A stretch of 64,000 nucleotides of DNA from a virus. The notes beneath the pieces were generated by a model, which had not been told where the DNA came from, made no database searches, and was given only the letters and a program-made list of their open reading frames with translations. The translations under genes were made by a program, and so were the position numbers. Positions within the stretch are counted from its first letter, which is position 1. Each line of letters opens with the position of its first letter. Shown here one piece after another: positions 29,742 to 39,117 of the stretch. The stretch is taken from IMG/VR virus record IMGVR_UViG_3300028920_000032, positions 32,001 to 96,000 of that record; one strand, 5' to 3'.

Positions 29742-30015
29742 CTTCTACTCCATACTTTATTCTAGTTAGTATTGCATTCACTCTGTGAGCAATATATATG
29801 TATAATATATCTTCTTCTTTTTCATCTAAATCTTCAACTTTTTTATCACGCCAATTTACTGTTAATTGTTGGTCATTAAAGAAAACATAATATAAATCAC
29901 TTATTTTTTTAATTTCAAATTTGTTACCAGGAAATTCTTTATTCAGTCTGTCTAATAACATCATCCATACTCTCTTGAATTGACTGGATTGCATCAGCAT
30001 CTTCACGAAGTTCAT
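29731..30015 (-). CDS. Hypothetical protein
   Basis: ORF; loosely similar to 37218-37448 and 40379-40645 (L.K.FP.Y.F/I pattern). Confidence 0.55.
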   Translation of the reverse strand: MNFVKMLMQSSQFKRVWMMLLDRLNKEFPGNKFEIKKISDLYYVFFNDQQLTVNWRDKKVEDLDEKEEDILYIYIAHRVNAILTRIKYGVEDVK

Positions 30016-30244
30016 CAGGAGTTATTTTCTTTTTAAAGTATACAAAAAGTTTTCTTATATCTTTTTTAGATATATCTGGAATTTTTCCTGCGACAACTTT
30101 AATTTGTTCTCTCTGAGCTATTCTTGTTTCTTTGATTTCTTTTTCATAACCAAGATATGTTTTTAAGCCATCTAAGAAATCTCTTTGCTCATCAGAATTA
30201 AATAATTCAAATTTTTTTGTTATATCAGACATTGCCACCTCCAA
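29939..30244 (-). CDS. Putative T4 DsbA/GapR-like dsDNA-binding protein
   Basis: Size and helical pattern EIKETRIAQREQIK...ISKKDIRKLF. Confidence 0.4.
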   Translation of the reverse strand: MEVAMSDITKKFELFNSDEQRDFLDGLKTYLGYEKEIKETRIAQREQIKVVAGKIPDISKKDIRKLFVYFKKKITPDELREDADAIQSIQESMDDVIRQTE

Positions 30245-30959
30245 TTATATTAGCCCATGTTTTTAATTTTAACTTAAACATAGGATCATAAATATTATAC
30301 TTATTAATAAAGTATGCCATTTCATCTTCAAAAATAATATTAGCTTTTTTATGCTCAATAGCGATATTATTACTATCAACAATATAATATTCATAAGGAC
30401 CAGCTTCTATATCAACAAAGCATACTTTCGTTGTTTTTACACCTTCTTCTGTAGAAGAGAGTTTGATTTTTCGTCGTCTCTTTGGTGTAACAGCAATCTT
30501 ATGCATACGTTTCCAGTAACTCCATTTTTTACATTCTTTCATAATTTTTACATAAGTATTTAAATATCTGAATGGTTTAAATATTAAATCATTTTTTTCT
30601 TTTGAATATGAACACAAAAATAATCCTTGCTGATCTCTTCTATGTACACTATTAAAAACACTAAAAAAGCGTACATCTATTTGACCTTCTGGGTGTCTTG
30701 AAGAAGTTTGTCGACTTTCTTGTGGCACTAAACAAAAATGTAATTTTTTAATTTGCATTCTAGTTTTTTTATATGGTTCTGGAACATTGATGAATACTGT
30801 ATATGTAGCTTCTGACCACTTAAGATCTAAATGAGAAATATTAGAAACTAATGGATCGTTGTATAAATAAAGTGCTTTATTGTCTTTTAAAAATTTTTCT
30901 AATCTTTCTCTAGCTTCTGTCAATATACCACTATTTGTCATTTTAGTCACTGAATCCAA
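30225..30959 (-). CDS. Hypothetical protein
   Basis: 244-aa ORF. Confidence 0.6.
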   Translation of the reverse strand: MDSVTKMTNSGILTEARERLEKFLKDNKALYLYNDPLVSNISHLDLKWSEATYTVFINVPEPYKKTRMQIKKLHFCLVPQESRQTSSRHPEGQIDVRFFSVFNSVHRRDQQGLFLCSYSKEKNDLIFKPFRYLNTYVKIMKECKKWSYWKRMHKIAVTPKRRRKIKLSSTEEGVKTTKVCFVDIEAGPYEYYIVDSNNIAIEHKKANIIFEDEMAYFINKYNIYDPMFKLKLKTWANIIGGGNV

Positions 30960-31191
30960 ATATAGCTTTAATTGTTTTGTTTATAACTTTTGATAATTGA
31001 CAAAAGTCATCTTCTGGCATTTGTATTGTAACATTGTTATACATTAAGAATATAACATCATCTTCTCTCCATGTATATATTTTTAAATTCTTATCTTCAA
31101 TACCTGCAAGAATTGCCGTTGTGTTTGCTTCATCGTTGGGGACGTTATCAAAATTTTCATCCATCATTTCTATTTCAGCATCTTTGCTCAT
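30943..31191 (-). CDS. Hypothetical protein (MSKDAEIEMMDENF...)
   Basis: ORF; its 5' end is duplicated at 31701-31743. Confidence 0.6.
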   Translation of the reverse strand: MSKDAEIEMMDENFDNVPNDEANTTAILAGIEDKNLKIYTWREDDVIFLMYNNVTIQMPEDDFCQLSKVINKTIKAIFGFSD

Positions 31192-31221
31192 ATTATTCTA
31201 CCCTTCTATTGTGATTTTTTG

Positions 31222-31587
31222 TTAGTCATTTTTCTCCAGTTCGTTAGGATGATTTTCATCCATCCATTTATTAAATTCATCAGATCCGGTAGTTTCTGTA
31301 AGAGATGTTCCGGTGAAAACAAATGTTCTCTTTTCTTTCCAATATTGTTTTAATATAGGGATAAAAGATTCTTTTATATTACAATAAGGATATTTATTTT
31401 CTTTTTCCTGTTCCGGTGATCCCCATTTTAGTTGGTATGCAGTGCCACAAATAAGACATACTCCTTCTCCTGAATAATCTGTCCATCTGCATCTTAACGG
31501 ATTTCCACAGATGATACATACTTCAGTTCCCTTCAACTCTCTATTTGCTTCTAAATCATAATCAAATTTTATTCCTGCTTTTATCAT
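31222..31587 (-). CDS. Zinc-ribbon hypothetical protein
   Basis: CIICG...CLICG; GGAGG SD. Confidence 0.65.
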   Translation of the reverse strand: MIKAGIKFDYDLEANRELKGTEVCIICGNPLRCRWTDYSGEGVCLICGTAYQLKWGSPEQEKENKYPYCNIKESFIPILKQYWKEKRTFVFTGTSLTETTGSDEFNKWMDENHPNELEKND

Positions 31588-31626
31588 TTGTTTACCTCCA
31601 AATAATTTAGGCTGTATATATTGTTT

Positions 31627-31743
31627 TTACAAACAATACCTATCTTTATCTCCTCCTGATATAGCTAAACATGAATTCTCCTTATCTATTATGGCGTTGG
31701 CAAAATTTTCATCCATCATTTCTATTTCAGCATCTTTGCTCAT
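31627..31743 (-). pseudogene. Truncated duplicate of the 5' end of 30943-31191
   Basis: Identical first 14 codons, then an unrelated 24-aa tail. Confidence 0.55.
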
Positions 31744-31884
31744 GCTATTTCTCCTTTCTATTATGTTGTTCTTTAAGAAAATGTTTATAATATCCATCGT
31801 TACCAGCAATAACATGGCCTAAATATGTAAAACATGAGTTCCCATTACCTGGTAATTTTCTGCCACATATGCAGCAGTTATAAC

Positions 31885-32565
31885 TCATAATATTTCCCCT
31901 TCAAATATTTCTTTTGCAAAATTATATGCATATTCATTTATTCTCAATTGAACTCTAAAATTTTCAAGTTCTTTAGGGGTAATAATCTCACATTTAATAT
32001 CACTGTCTAATTTATTATATTCTCTATTAAAGTGTATTGATACTGCTATAAAATACTTGCTTAACATATTCTGCATGCATAGTATCATCCCTTCACTCAT
32101 TATTTCATTTGGATCTTTTTTAAATAGAGATGAATAATCTCCTTCTAATAAATTATTTTTCTTCCACCATTTTTTTAGAAATGTAAGAGTATTTGCTAAA
32201 TTAGTCATTATTTTTTCTGTGTCTGTTATAACATTTTCTTCTATAATTTTTAGAGCTTCTTTGTGTTCGTTATATCTAATAACAGCTGCTTTAGTTTTTA
32301 ATTGAGCTGGGAATATTATTTTATCTTTTGGCAAATCTCTAAATTGAGCTTCTATAAAAATATGTGGATCAAACATGGAATCTTTTTTAAAAAATTCATA
32401 TACTGCCGCAAAATACGGCCAGTTTTTACTTTCTCGGGGATCTTTCTTGTGTGGGAGAAATTTTATAAAGTACCCTCTTTGATTACAAAATCTTTGGTAA
32501 GCTTTATATATATCCCAAATCCTATAATCTCTACCGGTAAAATCATATTCTTCAAATATTTCCAT
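31885..32565 (-). CDS. Hypothetical protein next to SSB, possibly a replication accessory
   Basis: 226-aa ORF with GCATA-N9-ATG start. Confidence 0.6.
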   Translation of the reverse strand: MEIFEEYDFTGRDYRIWDIYKAYQRFCNQRGYFIKFLPHKKDPRESKNWPYFAAVYEFFKKDSMFDPHIFIEAQFRDLPKDKIIFPAQLKTKAAVIRYNEHKEALKIIEENVITDTEKIMTNLANTLTFLKKWWKKNNLLEGDYSSLFKKDPNEIMSEGMILCMQNMLSKYFIAVSIHFNREYNKLDSDIKCEIITPKELENFRVQLRINEYAYNFAKEIFEGEIL

Positions 32566-32579
32566 ATTACTAATTATGC

Positions 32580-32607
32580 AAAAAAGGCCATCCGAAGATG
32601 GCCTTTT
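32580..32607 (-). terminator. Intrinsic terminator with cUUCGg loop after the SSB gene
   Basis: GGCCATC-TTCG-GATGGCC followed by a T-tract on the minus strand. Confidence 0.9.
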
Positions 32608-32621
32608 GAATAAAAATTTAT

Positions 32622-33479
32622 TTATTCATCTTTTAATTTTTTTCTTAATTTGTCTTTAAAAGCATCTAGTTTGGCTTTTTCTGTTTTTTTGCTTGTAGGT
32701 TTTTTATCTTCTGTTGTTTGCTCTTTTTCTGGCCTCTCATCTTCATAAAATTCTTCTTCGGTTGTTGCGTCTGTAAGTGCCTTAACATATGCATCAATAG
32801 CTGCTTGCATTTCTTCTTCAGTCCCAAATTTTGTTATTTCATCTAGAGCAACTCTGTTGTCAAGTATTTCATTAATTTCTTTTGCTTCATCAGCAAGTGG
32901 TGTTGATTTTCTTTTAATCTCAGAAGTATCATAACTTGGGAATGTTCCTTTTTCAGTCTTTGGACCTTCTTCTTTGCAAACATTAAAATCATAACCATCA
33001 ACAACATCTGTAATGTCTAGATCGTTATCAAGCATGCTTTTTACCATTCTCTTCCAAATCTTTACACCTGCTCCCCAGACTCTAACTGCTTTAGGATCAT
33101 CTCCTTTTCTCTCAACGATATTCATAAGATATTGAAGTTTACCTTTTAAGTCTTTTGCAACTTGAACTAAAGTTTTGTCATTAGTTCTAAAAAATCTTTT
33201 TCTTGATTCACATGCTGGACAATTGCATGGTTTACCAGTTTCTTCATCAATTTTATAACGAAGACATGGATACCATACTCCATCAATTCGATGTCTTGCT
33301 GACTCTAAATAGAATAATTCGCCATTTTCTATAGCCGGTAGGATTCTTATGAGGTTGTCGCCCCAATTTGGCTTCCACCATCTAATGCTGCCGCCACCAC
33401 TGTTGTTAAAAGCCTCTCGTAATCTTTCTAGATCAGAATTTGTGTTTGTTTTACTCTTTATTCCTTTTTTTGTTGCCAT
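32622..33479 (-). CDS. Single-stranded DNA-binding protein, T4 gp32-like
   Basis: IRILPA, CNCPACE, YLMNIV, DITDVVDGYDF, FPSYDTS, acidic tail. Confidence 0.9.
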   Translation of the reverse strand: MATKKGIKSKTNTNSDLERLREAFNNSGGGSIRWWKPNWGDNLIRILPAIENGELFYLESARHRIDGVWYPCLRYKIDEETGKPCNCPACESRKRFFRTNDKTLVQVAKDLKGKLQYLMNIVERKGDDPKAVRVWGAGVKIWKRMVKSMLDNDLDITDVVDGYDFNVCKEEGPKTEKGTFPSYDTSEIKRKSTPLADEAKEINEILDNRVALDEITKFGTEEEMQAAIDAYVKALTDATTEEEFYEDERPEKEQTTEDKKPTSKKTEKAKLDAFKDKLRKKLKDE

Positions 33480-33540
33480 TTCTTTATTTCTCCTTATTTT
33501 GTTATGTCACTTTTTTAAGAGTTGTGAGAACTCTAATTTG

Positions 33541-33717
33541 TTATATAATTATGCTATTATTTGTTTTATGTAATTCTTCTTCAATCATACCTTGAGAGCC
33601 GCAGGCCATGCATGTGGCTAACCACATTTTTTTGTTTTCTAATTCTCTCATTAAAGTTGCTTTATTTCTTGTACTTTTACATTTAGGACAAATGAATCCT
33701 TGTAGCTCTATTTCCAT
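33541..33717 (-). CDS. Small Zn-ribbon protein not in the ORF track (FICPKC...TCMACG)
   Basis: Manual translation, 58 aa. Confidence 0.6.
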   Translation of the reverse strand: MEIELQGFICPKCKSTRNKATLMRELENKKMWLATCMACGSQGMIEEELHKTNNSIII

Positions 33718-34026
33718 CTATTCTTCATCATCCATTTTATAGTTTATTGCAGCAAACATCAAGTTGACAACTTCTTCAAAAACTTTATTGTCTTGGAGTA
33801 ATTGTTTAGCTAATTGTTTTCTGTTTTTAACTGCTTCTTTTATATCTATTTTTTCAGTGTTAACATCATATATCATATCACTACCAGTATCACTGTAAGC
33901 TAAGTCTCCAATAACATCTAATGTTTCTAGCACTACTTTTTTAATGTCTTGTGAATTGTTAACTTCATTAAGTTCTTTTTCTAAACTATTTAACATTTCA
34001 TTCATATTAGTTTTATTCATTTCCAT
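33718..34026 (-). CDS. Hypothetical protein
   Basis: ORF in operon. Confidence 0.55.
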   Translation of the reverse strand: MEMNKTNMNEMLNSLEKELNEVNNSQDIKKVVLETLDVIGDLAYSDTGSDMIYDVNTEKIDIKEAVKNRKQLAKQLLQDNKVFEEVVNLMFAAINYKMDDEE

Positions 34027-34343
34027 AATCCTTTAATATATAAATATCCAATTAAACCAAAAACACCAATATCCATAAAATCTTTTATTATTTTTTCTTC
34101 AGTCAATTGTAATTCAACTCTTTCATCTTCATCAACTTCTAGATATTTCCTTATCTCAAAAAATGCATCACCAATTCTTGTTAATATTCCAACTTCACCT
34201 GTACTAGATATATTGTCTGTTTCATATACATCTTGTTTGTGATCAAATCTTTTTGTGGCTTCTAATAATGCTTTTAGAAATTCTTTTGATATATTGTGTT
34301 TACACTTTAATTCTTCAAATATTCTATTTATTAAATCTTCCAT
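34017..34343 (-). CDS. DUF1599 / nucleotide-modification-associated (Nmad1-like) all-alpha protein
   Basis: FDHKQDVY..DNI...GEVGILTRIGD...DFMDIGVFGLIG. Confidence 0.6.
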   Translation of the reverse strand: MEDLINRIFEELKCKHNISKEFLKALLEATKRFDHKQDVYETDNISSTGEVGILTRIGDAFFEIRKYLEVDEDERVELQLTEEKIIKDFMDIGVFGLIGYLYIKGLWK

Positions 34344-34358
34344 AGAATAAATTATGCT

Positions 34359-34709
34359 TTAAATATTTTTAAAATCAATATTTCGTAAAACTTTTATTAC
34401 AAAAGTTCTTACTTTACGCGCCAACTGATATTCGAAATATTCATGCAAAATCTCATATGCTACATCATCATTAGAAAGTTTTAATTTTCTCTGAATACTA
34501 TCTATTGCATCGCAAGCATCATCCATGACATCATCCCAAATTTCTGACTCAGTATTTATTAGATATTTAATCATAGATTTAACAAATGCTTTAGCATACA
34601 ATTCTTTATATGCTGCAGCATTTGCAATAATTTGAGATTTTGTTATTTTACCGGCATCTTCATTTAGCTGTTCATCTAAATTTTTTAAAAAATCATCCAG
34701 CTTTTTCAT
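34359..34709 (-). CDS. Putative head-internal protein (MKKLDDFLKNLDEQLNE)
   Basis: LxE motif near the N-terminus. Confidence 0.5.
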   Translation of the reverse strand: MKKLDDFLKNLDEQLNEDAGKITKSQIIANAAAYKELYAKAFVKSMIKYLINTESEIWDDVMDDACDAIDSIQRKLKLSNDDVAYEILHEYFEYQLARKVRTFVIKVLRNIDFKNI

Positions 34710-34753
34710 TAGTTTGCCTCTCCACCTTTATAATTTAAGTGTCTTTACGTATT

Positions 34754-35461
34754 TTATAGTTTTATATTTGTTATAGCAGAAATAACAGCTTTTTTAAATT
34801 TAGGCCACAATTTTTGGAGTCTTTCTTCTACTGCATAAAATTCATCATCTTTTTCAGTATAACCCATTGAAGAAGTAATTTCTAATACCGCTTTTTCTAC
34901 AAAGCCATCTTCATCTTCCCAAACATTTTCATATGTTCTTAAATTTGTTATTAACATTTTTTTGTTTGCTTCTATATACGCTTGTATATGCTGCGGTTTA
35001 AGATGTTTCCCTAAATCTTCATGTATATCTCTTCCCAAGGCTTTGCCTCTAATTGGTCCAGGTTTCTGTCCCATAGTGCCTTTGTCTTTCTTATTAGGTT
35101 TGTAAGCCATATTCATCATATCGCCTTTCATAGTTCCTTCTTTGTATTCGGGGTTACCAAGTCTAATTTTCTTAAATTGTTCCATGCCTTTCCCGACCAT
35201 ATTTAAGTAACTTTGAAAATCACCTTTCCAAGACTTTGGAGCTTTTCCTGATTTAACATAACGAGCCATGTCTCTTAACATTGCTTGTATTTCTTGTGGT
35301 CTATAATCATTCGGTGATTTTTCTTTTTTAGTGCCAGGTCCACTTGCTGAATTTGGGTCTTTTACCATTTCAAGCATTGCCTCTTCAGACATATCAATGC
35401 TTTCAACAGCATTCATTAATTCCACCATTTCCTGACCATTTTTTGAATGTTTCATTTTCAC
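34754..35461 (-). CDS. Putative head-internal protein
   Basis: Acidic N-terminus with xxE sites; C-terminal helices similar to neighbours. Confidence 0.5.
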   Translation of the reverse strand: MKMKHSKNGQEMVELMNAVESIDMSEEAMLEMVKDPNSASGPGTKKEKSPNDYRPQEIQAMLRDMARYVKSGKAPKSWKGDFQSYLNMVGKGMEQFKKIRLGNPEYKEGTMKGDMMNMAYKPNKKDKGTMGQKPGPIRGKALGRDIHEDLGKHLKPQHIQAYIEANKKMLITNLRTYENVWEDEDGFVEKAVLEITSSMGYTEKDDEFYAVEERLQKLWPKFKKAVISAITNIKL

Positions 35462-35522
35462 ACCTCATTTAAAGTTCAAATTTGTTATAATTAGCTTTCG
35501 GTATTGTTTTCTCTATTTCATA

Positions 35523-36215
35523 TTAGAAGGCAATAGTTTTTACGAAAGAAATAATGTCTTTTAGCTTTTTATTAATTGCTGCTTTGACATTTCTGTTGTT
35601 TACTTCAAAATTTTCAAAACTATCGTCAATTCTTTCTCTATCTTTTAAATGCGCAATAAATAATTTCTTTGCAATTTCAAGTGCTTTACTTTGTTGATTG
35701 TTGTTTAACTTTATTCTCTTAAGCTTTCCAATTTTATTATTAGTTTTATTTGTTTTAACAAATTTTAAAACGTTTTGTATTATCTTATCGCCAACGTCTG
35801 AAGCGAAACCGGCAAAGTCTTCATCAAAATCAACAGCGACATCATCAAAATTGTCGTTAAATTCATCTTGTGAACTCTCTAAATAATCAACTAAGAATTC
35901 TTTAGCATATTTCTCAGGTGTCATTTCCCCTGAACCACGTCTATTTAATCTTTTTTCTTCTTCCTCTTTCATACGTCTGAAATCTGCCATTCTTAATAAA
36001 GTATTAGTTTCTGCTCTAGTCAATTTATATTTTTTTCTAATTGTAGTTGTCATATTAGAGTATATTTCATCATATGAATTATCATTTAATATCTTTTTTA
36101 ATTTTGGCGATTCTGGAGCATATTCGTTGAATTTATTTGCTTCATCTAGAATACATTCTTTTGATAATTTAATTAGATCAGCAACTTCGTTTATAATTTC
36201 ATCATTCAAGTTCAT
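35523..36215 (-). CDS. Putative head-internal protein
   Basis: IINE/ILDE motifs; AAGATAATTTAAAA upstream. Confidence 0.5.
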   Translation of the reverse strand: MNLNDEIINEVADLIKLSKECILDEANKFNEYAPESPKLKKILNDNSYDEIYSNMTTTIRKKYKLTRAETNTLLRMADFRRMKEEEEKRLNRRGSGEMTPEKYAKEFLVDYLESSQDEFNDNFDDVAVDFDEDFAGFASDVGDKIIQNVLKFVKTNKTNNKIGKLKRIKLNNNQQSKALEIAKKLFIAHLKDRERIDDSFENFEVNNRNVKAAINKKLKDIISFVKTIAF

Positions 36216-36255
36216 ATCTCTTTCCTCCTATATTTTAAATTATCTTGTTAGTAAA

Positions 36256-37215
36256 TTAGATATTTTTAGAGATAGCTTGAATAATATTGTTCATTTCAGT
36301 TGTTGCTTCGTTGATATTTTTAAATGTAAAATTTAAAATGTTTTCATGTCCTCTTGGCGTCTCAATTTGTTCTTTTATAATGTCATATAAACTGATGTTG
36401 TTATCATTAATGCAAAATGGATTCTTTTGTAGCTGCACATGAATCTTATTGTTCATTTCAAAAACTAACATAGTGTATAAATTTTCACTATAGTAATAAT
36501 TAAATATATTTTTGTCATAACCTTTCCAATCAATTTGTGAAAAATATCTAGTAAATAATACTGGTACATTAGAAAAATGCTTAACATATTTATTTACATT
36601 TTTTTCAAATTTTTCAAAAAATGATACTTTGTGCTGCATGTATTTTTTAAAATTTAACATATTGTGATTTTTTTCAATAAAATATAATAAAGTGCTAACA
36701 TCAAATGTCTCTTCCATTAATAACAATATAGACAAATTAGTTTTTCTATTTTTTCTTAGCAAATCATTTAACGCCAAATATCTGCCAAGTTCTGTATTAA
36801 TGTCTGGAAATATAACATCTACTGGCGTAAAACTATCATTAAACTTATTTCTAAAATCTGCAGAATCAACAGTATTAATATGTTTACATACTTCTTTTGT
36901 TATAAGTGTTTTGTCTACTAAATTTTCTTTTATCAATATATCTACACAAGATGGTGCTTTCTTTATTATTTCGTTTTTAGCACCACTAGCTCTCTCACTT
37001 CTAAGATGATGATCGACAAATAATTCAGTTTTTTCGCCAGCAATATTTTCTGCAAAATCAACTGAGATAAAACTATCACACTGAGTAAGTATGTGTGAAT
37101 AATCTTTCCCATAATCAACTGCATATGCATCACTGATATTATATTCAGAGTTAACTATTAATTTAGCTGAATATAAGCCATCAAGATCGTTATGAAAAAT
37201 CAGTCCTGTTTCCAT
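36256..37215 (-). CDS. DHH-family phosphoesterase
   Basis: FHNDLDG, SVDF, FVDHH, RGH. Confidence 0.8.
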   Translation of the reverse strand: METGLIFHNDLDGLYSAKLIVNSEYNISDAYAVDYGKDYSHILTQCDSFISVDFAENIAGEKTELFVDHHLRSERASGAKNEIIKKAPSCVDILIKENLVDKTLITKEVCKHINTVDSADFRNKFNDSFTPVDVIFPDINTELGRYLALNDLLRKNRKTNLSILLLMEETFDVSTLLYFIEKNHNMLNFKKYMQHKVSFFEKFEKNVNKYVKHFSNVPVLFTRYFSQIDWKGYDKNIFNYYYSENLYTMLVFEMNNKIHVQLQKNPFCINDNNISLYDIIKEQIETPRGHENILNFTFKNINEATTEMNNIIQAISKNI

Positions 37216-37217
37216 AT

Positions 37218-37448
37218 TTATTCCTTTTCTACTATTTTTAAAAAATTTTCTACACATTCATATATTGATTGATAAATTGCGTCATTGACGTTTTTGCTTG
37301 ATCTTTTTTGAATTAATGCGTCGTCTATTTTACGCCATTCTATAAATGTTTCTTTGTCATCAATTAAAAGTTTTTTATTTCCATCGACTTCTTTAATATC
37401 AATTTTATAACCTGAGAAATCTCTTCGTAGTTTTTCTAAAAGCGTCAT
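37218..37448 (-). CDS. Hypothetical protein
   Basis: ORF with AAGGAG SD. Confidence 0.55.
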   Translation of the reverse strand: MTLLEKLRRDFSGYKIDIKEVDGNKKLLIDDKETFIEWRKIDDALIQKRSSKNVNDAIYQSIYECVENFLKIVEKE

Positions 37449-37450
37449 CG

Positions 37451-37957
37451 TTACTCCTTTTTAGCTATTAATGCAAAATAATTTCTTATTCCTTGTTCTT
37501 GCTGATGTATAAATTTAAAATCACCTTTATATAAATATCTATAATCACTTATAGGAGATTTTCCAACTTGTTTATATGAATCTTGATCTAAGAAAATTAG
37601 GGTCCCTCGATTAATTACTCTTGTATGTCCAGGATCTCCCCATGCCCACTCTGAATCATGTTTTGGTACTGAAAAACAAAATATACCATTGGGTTTTAAT
37701 ATTCTCCAATACTCTTCAAATTCTTCAAAGAAGTTAATATAATCACCTTGTTTACCTAAATGTTCTAAAACTTCATAGCAATGTAATTCGTCAAAATAAT
37801 TATCATCAAACGGTAATGGTCTAACATTAAGATCCCAAACAATATCTGGACTATGATCTTTATTAATATCTAGTGTTATCAATTTATTCCATTTATGATT
37901 ATCATCTATTGCTAATTGTTTTATGCGACTACTGCCACACCCCATCAATAATTCCAT
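37451..37957 (-). CDS. SAM-dependent methyltransferase (type 11-like)
   Basis: LMGCG, LPFDDNYFDE, EVLEHL, WRILKPNG, WGDPGH. Confidence 0.85.
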   Translation of the reverse strand: MELLMGCGSSRIKQLAIDDNHKWNKLITLDINKDHSPDIVWDLNVRPLPFDDNYFDELHCYEVLEHLGKQGDYINFFEEFEEYWRILKPNGIFCFSVPKHDSEWAWGDPGHTRVINRGTLIFLDQDSYKQVGKSPISDYRYLYKGDFKFIHQQEQGIRNYFALIAKKE

Positions 37958-38649
37958 TAACTTACCACCAATTTCTCATGGCCTACGACACAACGAGGGT
38001 CGGCGTATATTTTAAATCCGGCCATTCTAATTCTAGAACAAAATGCAACATCTTCCCCAGCTGCATATTCTTTTCCATTTATGTTGGCAGCAGCGTTTAC
38101 AAACCATGGCTTTTCTAATTTTTCTACAACACCTTTCTTTATTAACATAAATCCCATACCTGCATGGAAGCATTCTATTAAATCTTTACCACGATTTAAT
38201 GTTTGGGGTATGTTAGCCCAAGTTAGTTTTGCTGGTGTTGCATCATCACTATTTTCTTCTTTTTCAATAAAGCAAAATGTTGATCCATCTTTTCTATAAC
38301 ATCCAGTGACAACGTCACAACTTCTTTGTTCACAATCTTCTAAAAGTAATTCGAATGCTTTTGGCCAAAATATGATGTCTGAATCAATCCACATTATATA
38401 ATCATAATCAACTTTGCCATCAAACGGTTTGTCTGTAGTTTTTATCATATTTTCAACTGATGCTGCACCTAAACATTTTTCTCGGACTATGAAAACATTT
38501 GAGCCACCATGACGAGAAACAGTCATATTAATATTATTTTCTCTGCAGTATCCAGTAAGTCTAACCCAACTGTCAAAAAATTTTCCTGAAAATCCTCCAG
38601 TAGGGCCAGGTAAGCAAAATACTATATTAAGCTCTTTCTTCTTTTTCAT
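37957..38649 (-). CDS. GT-A fold glycosyltransferase
   Basis: YDYIMWIDSD (DxD), GMGFMLIKKGV, GEDVAFC, GHEK. Confidence 0.85.
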   Translation of the reverse strand: MKKKKELNIVFCLPGPTGGFSGKFFDSWVRLTGYCRENNINMTVSRHGGSNVFIVREKCLGAASVENMIKTTDKPFDGKVDYDYIMWIDSDIIFWPKAFELLLEDCEQRSCDVVTGCYRKDGSTFCFIEKEENSDDATPAKLTWANIPQTLNRGKDLIECFHAGMGFMLIKKGVVEKLEKPWFVNAAANINGKEYAAGEDVAFCSRIRMAGFKIYADPRCVVGHEKLVVS

Positions 38650-38661
38650 ATTAACCTCTTT

Positions 38662-39117
38662 TTATATTGTAAGTTTATTTACCAATGTTTTAAGTTTTAA
38701 TAATTCTATCTCAGCAGTTTTAGATTTTAGAATATTCAAAAATTGTTTGTCTATATCTTTTTGACCATCAGAAACTTCATCTAATTCTTTCCATATCTTT
38801 TCCCAAATGATTTCATCTTTGTTCATTTAAATGTAACCACCTCATTGTTTAAGTCTTTTATCAAATCAGCTTTTGTATGATAATAACTTACAGTCCTTCT
38901 GTTGTCTATCCATCTTTCTGCAAACCAGCCATTCATTGATTTAATTAGATCATAAGTATAACTTCTTATAACAATGCCAATTTCATTATCTTCGGTCATA
39001 AAATTTTACCTCTATTACAATTGTTGGCAAAGGACAAAAATATAATATTTTATTGTCTCTATCCCAATAGAATCCTATCCATAAGTCATACCATTTCCAT
39101 TTCAAAGATATTTTCAT
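38662..39117 (-). CDS. Three small coupled ORFs not in the ORF track (38662-38826, 38823-38999, 38986-39117; the last contains WYDLWIGFYWD...CPLP)
   Basis: Manual translation; overlapping start/stop junctions. Confidence 0.5.

Larger units (their letters stand above)
31149..31743. repeat. Perfect 43-bp direct repeat (31149-31191 and 31701-31743)
   Basis: CAAAATTTTCATCCATCATTTCTATTTCAGCATCTTTGCTCAT occurs twice. Confidence 0.92.
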
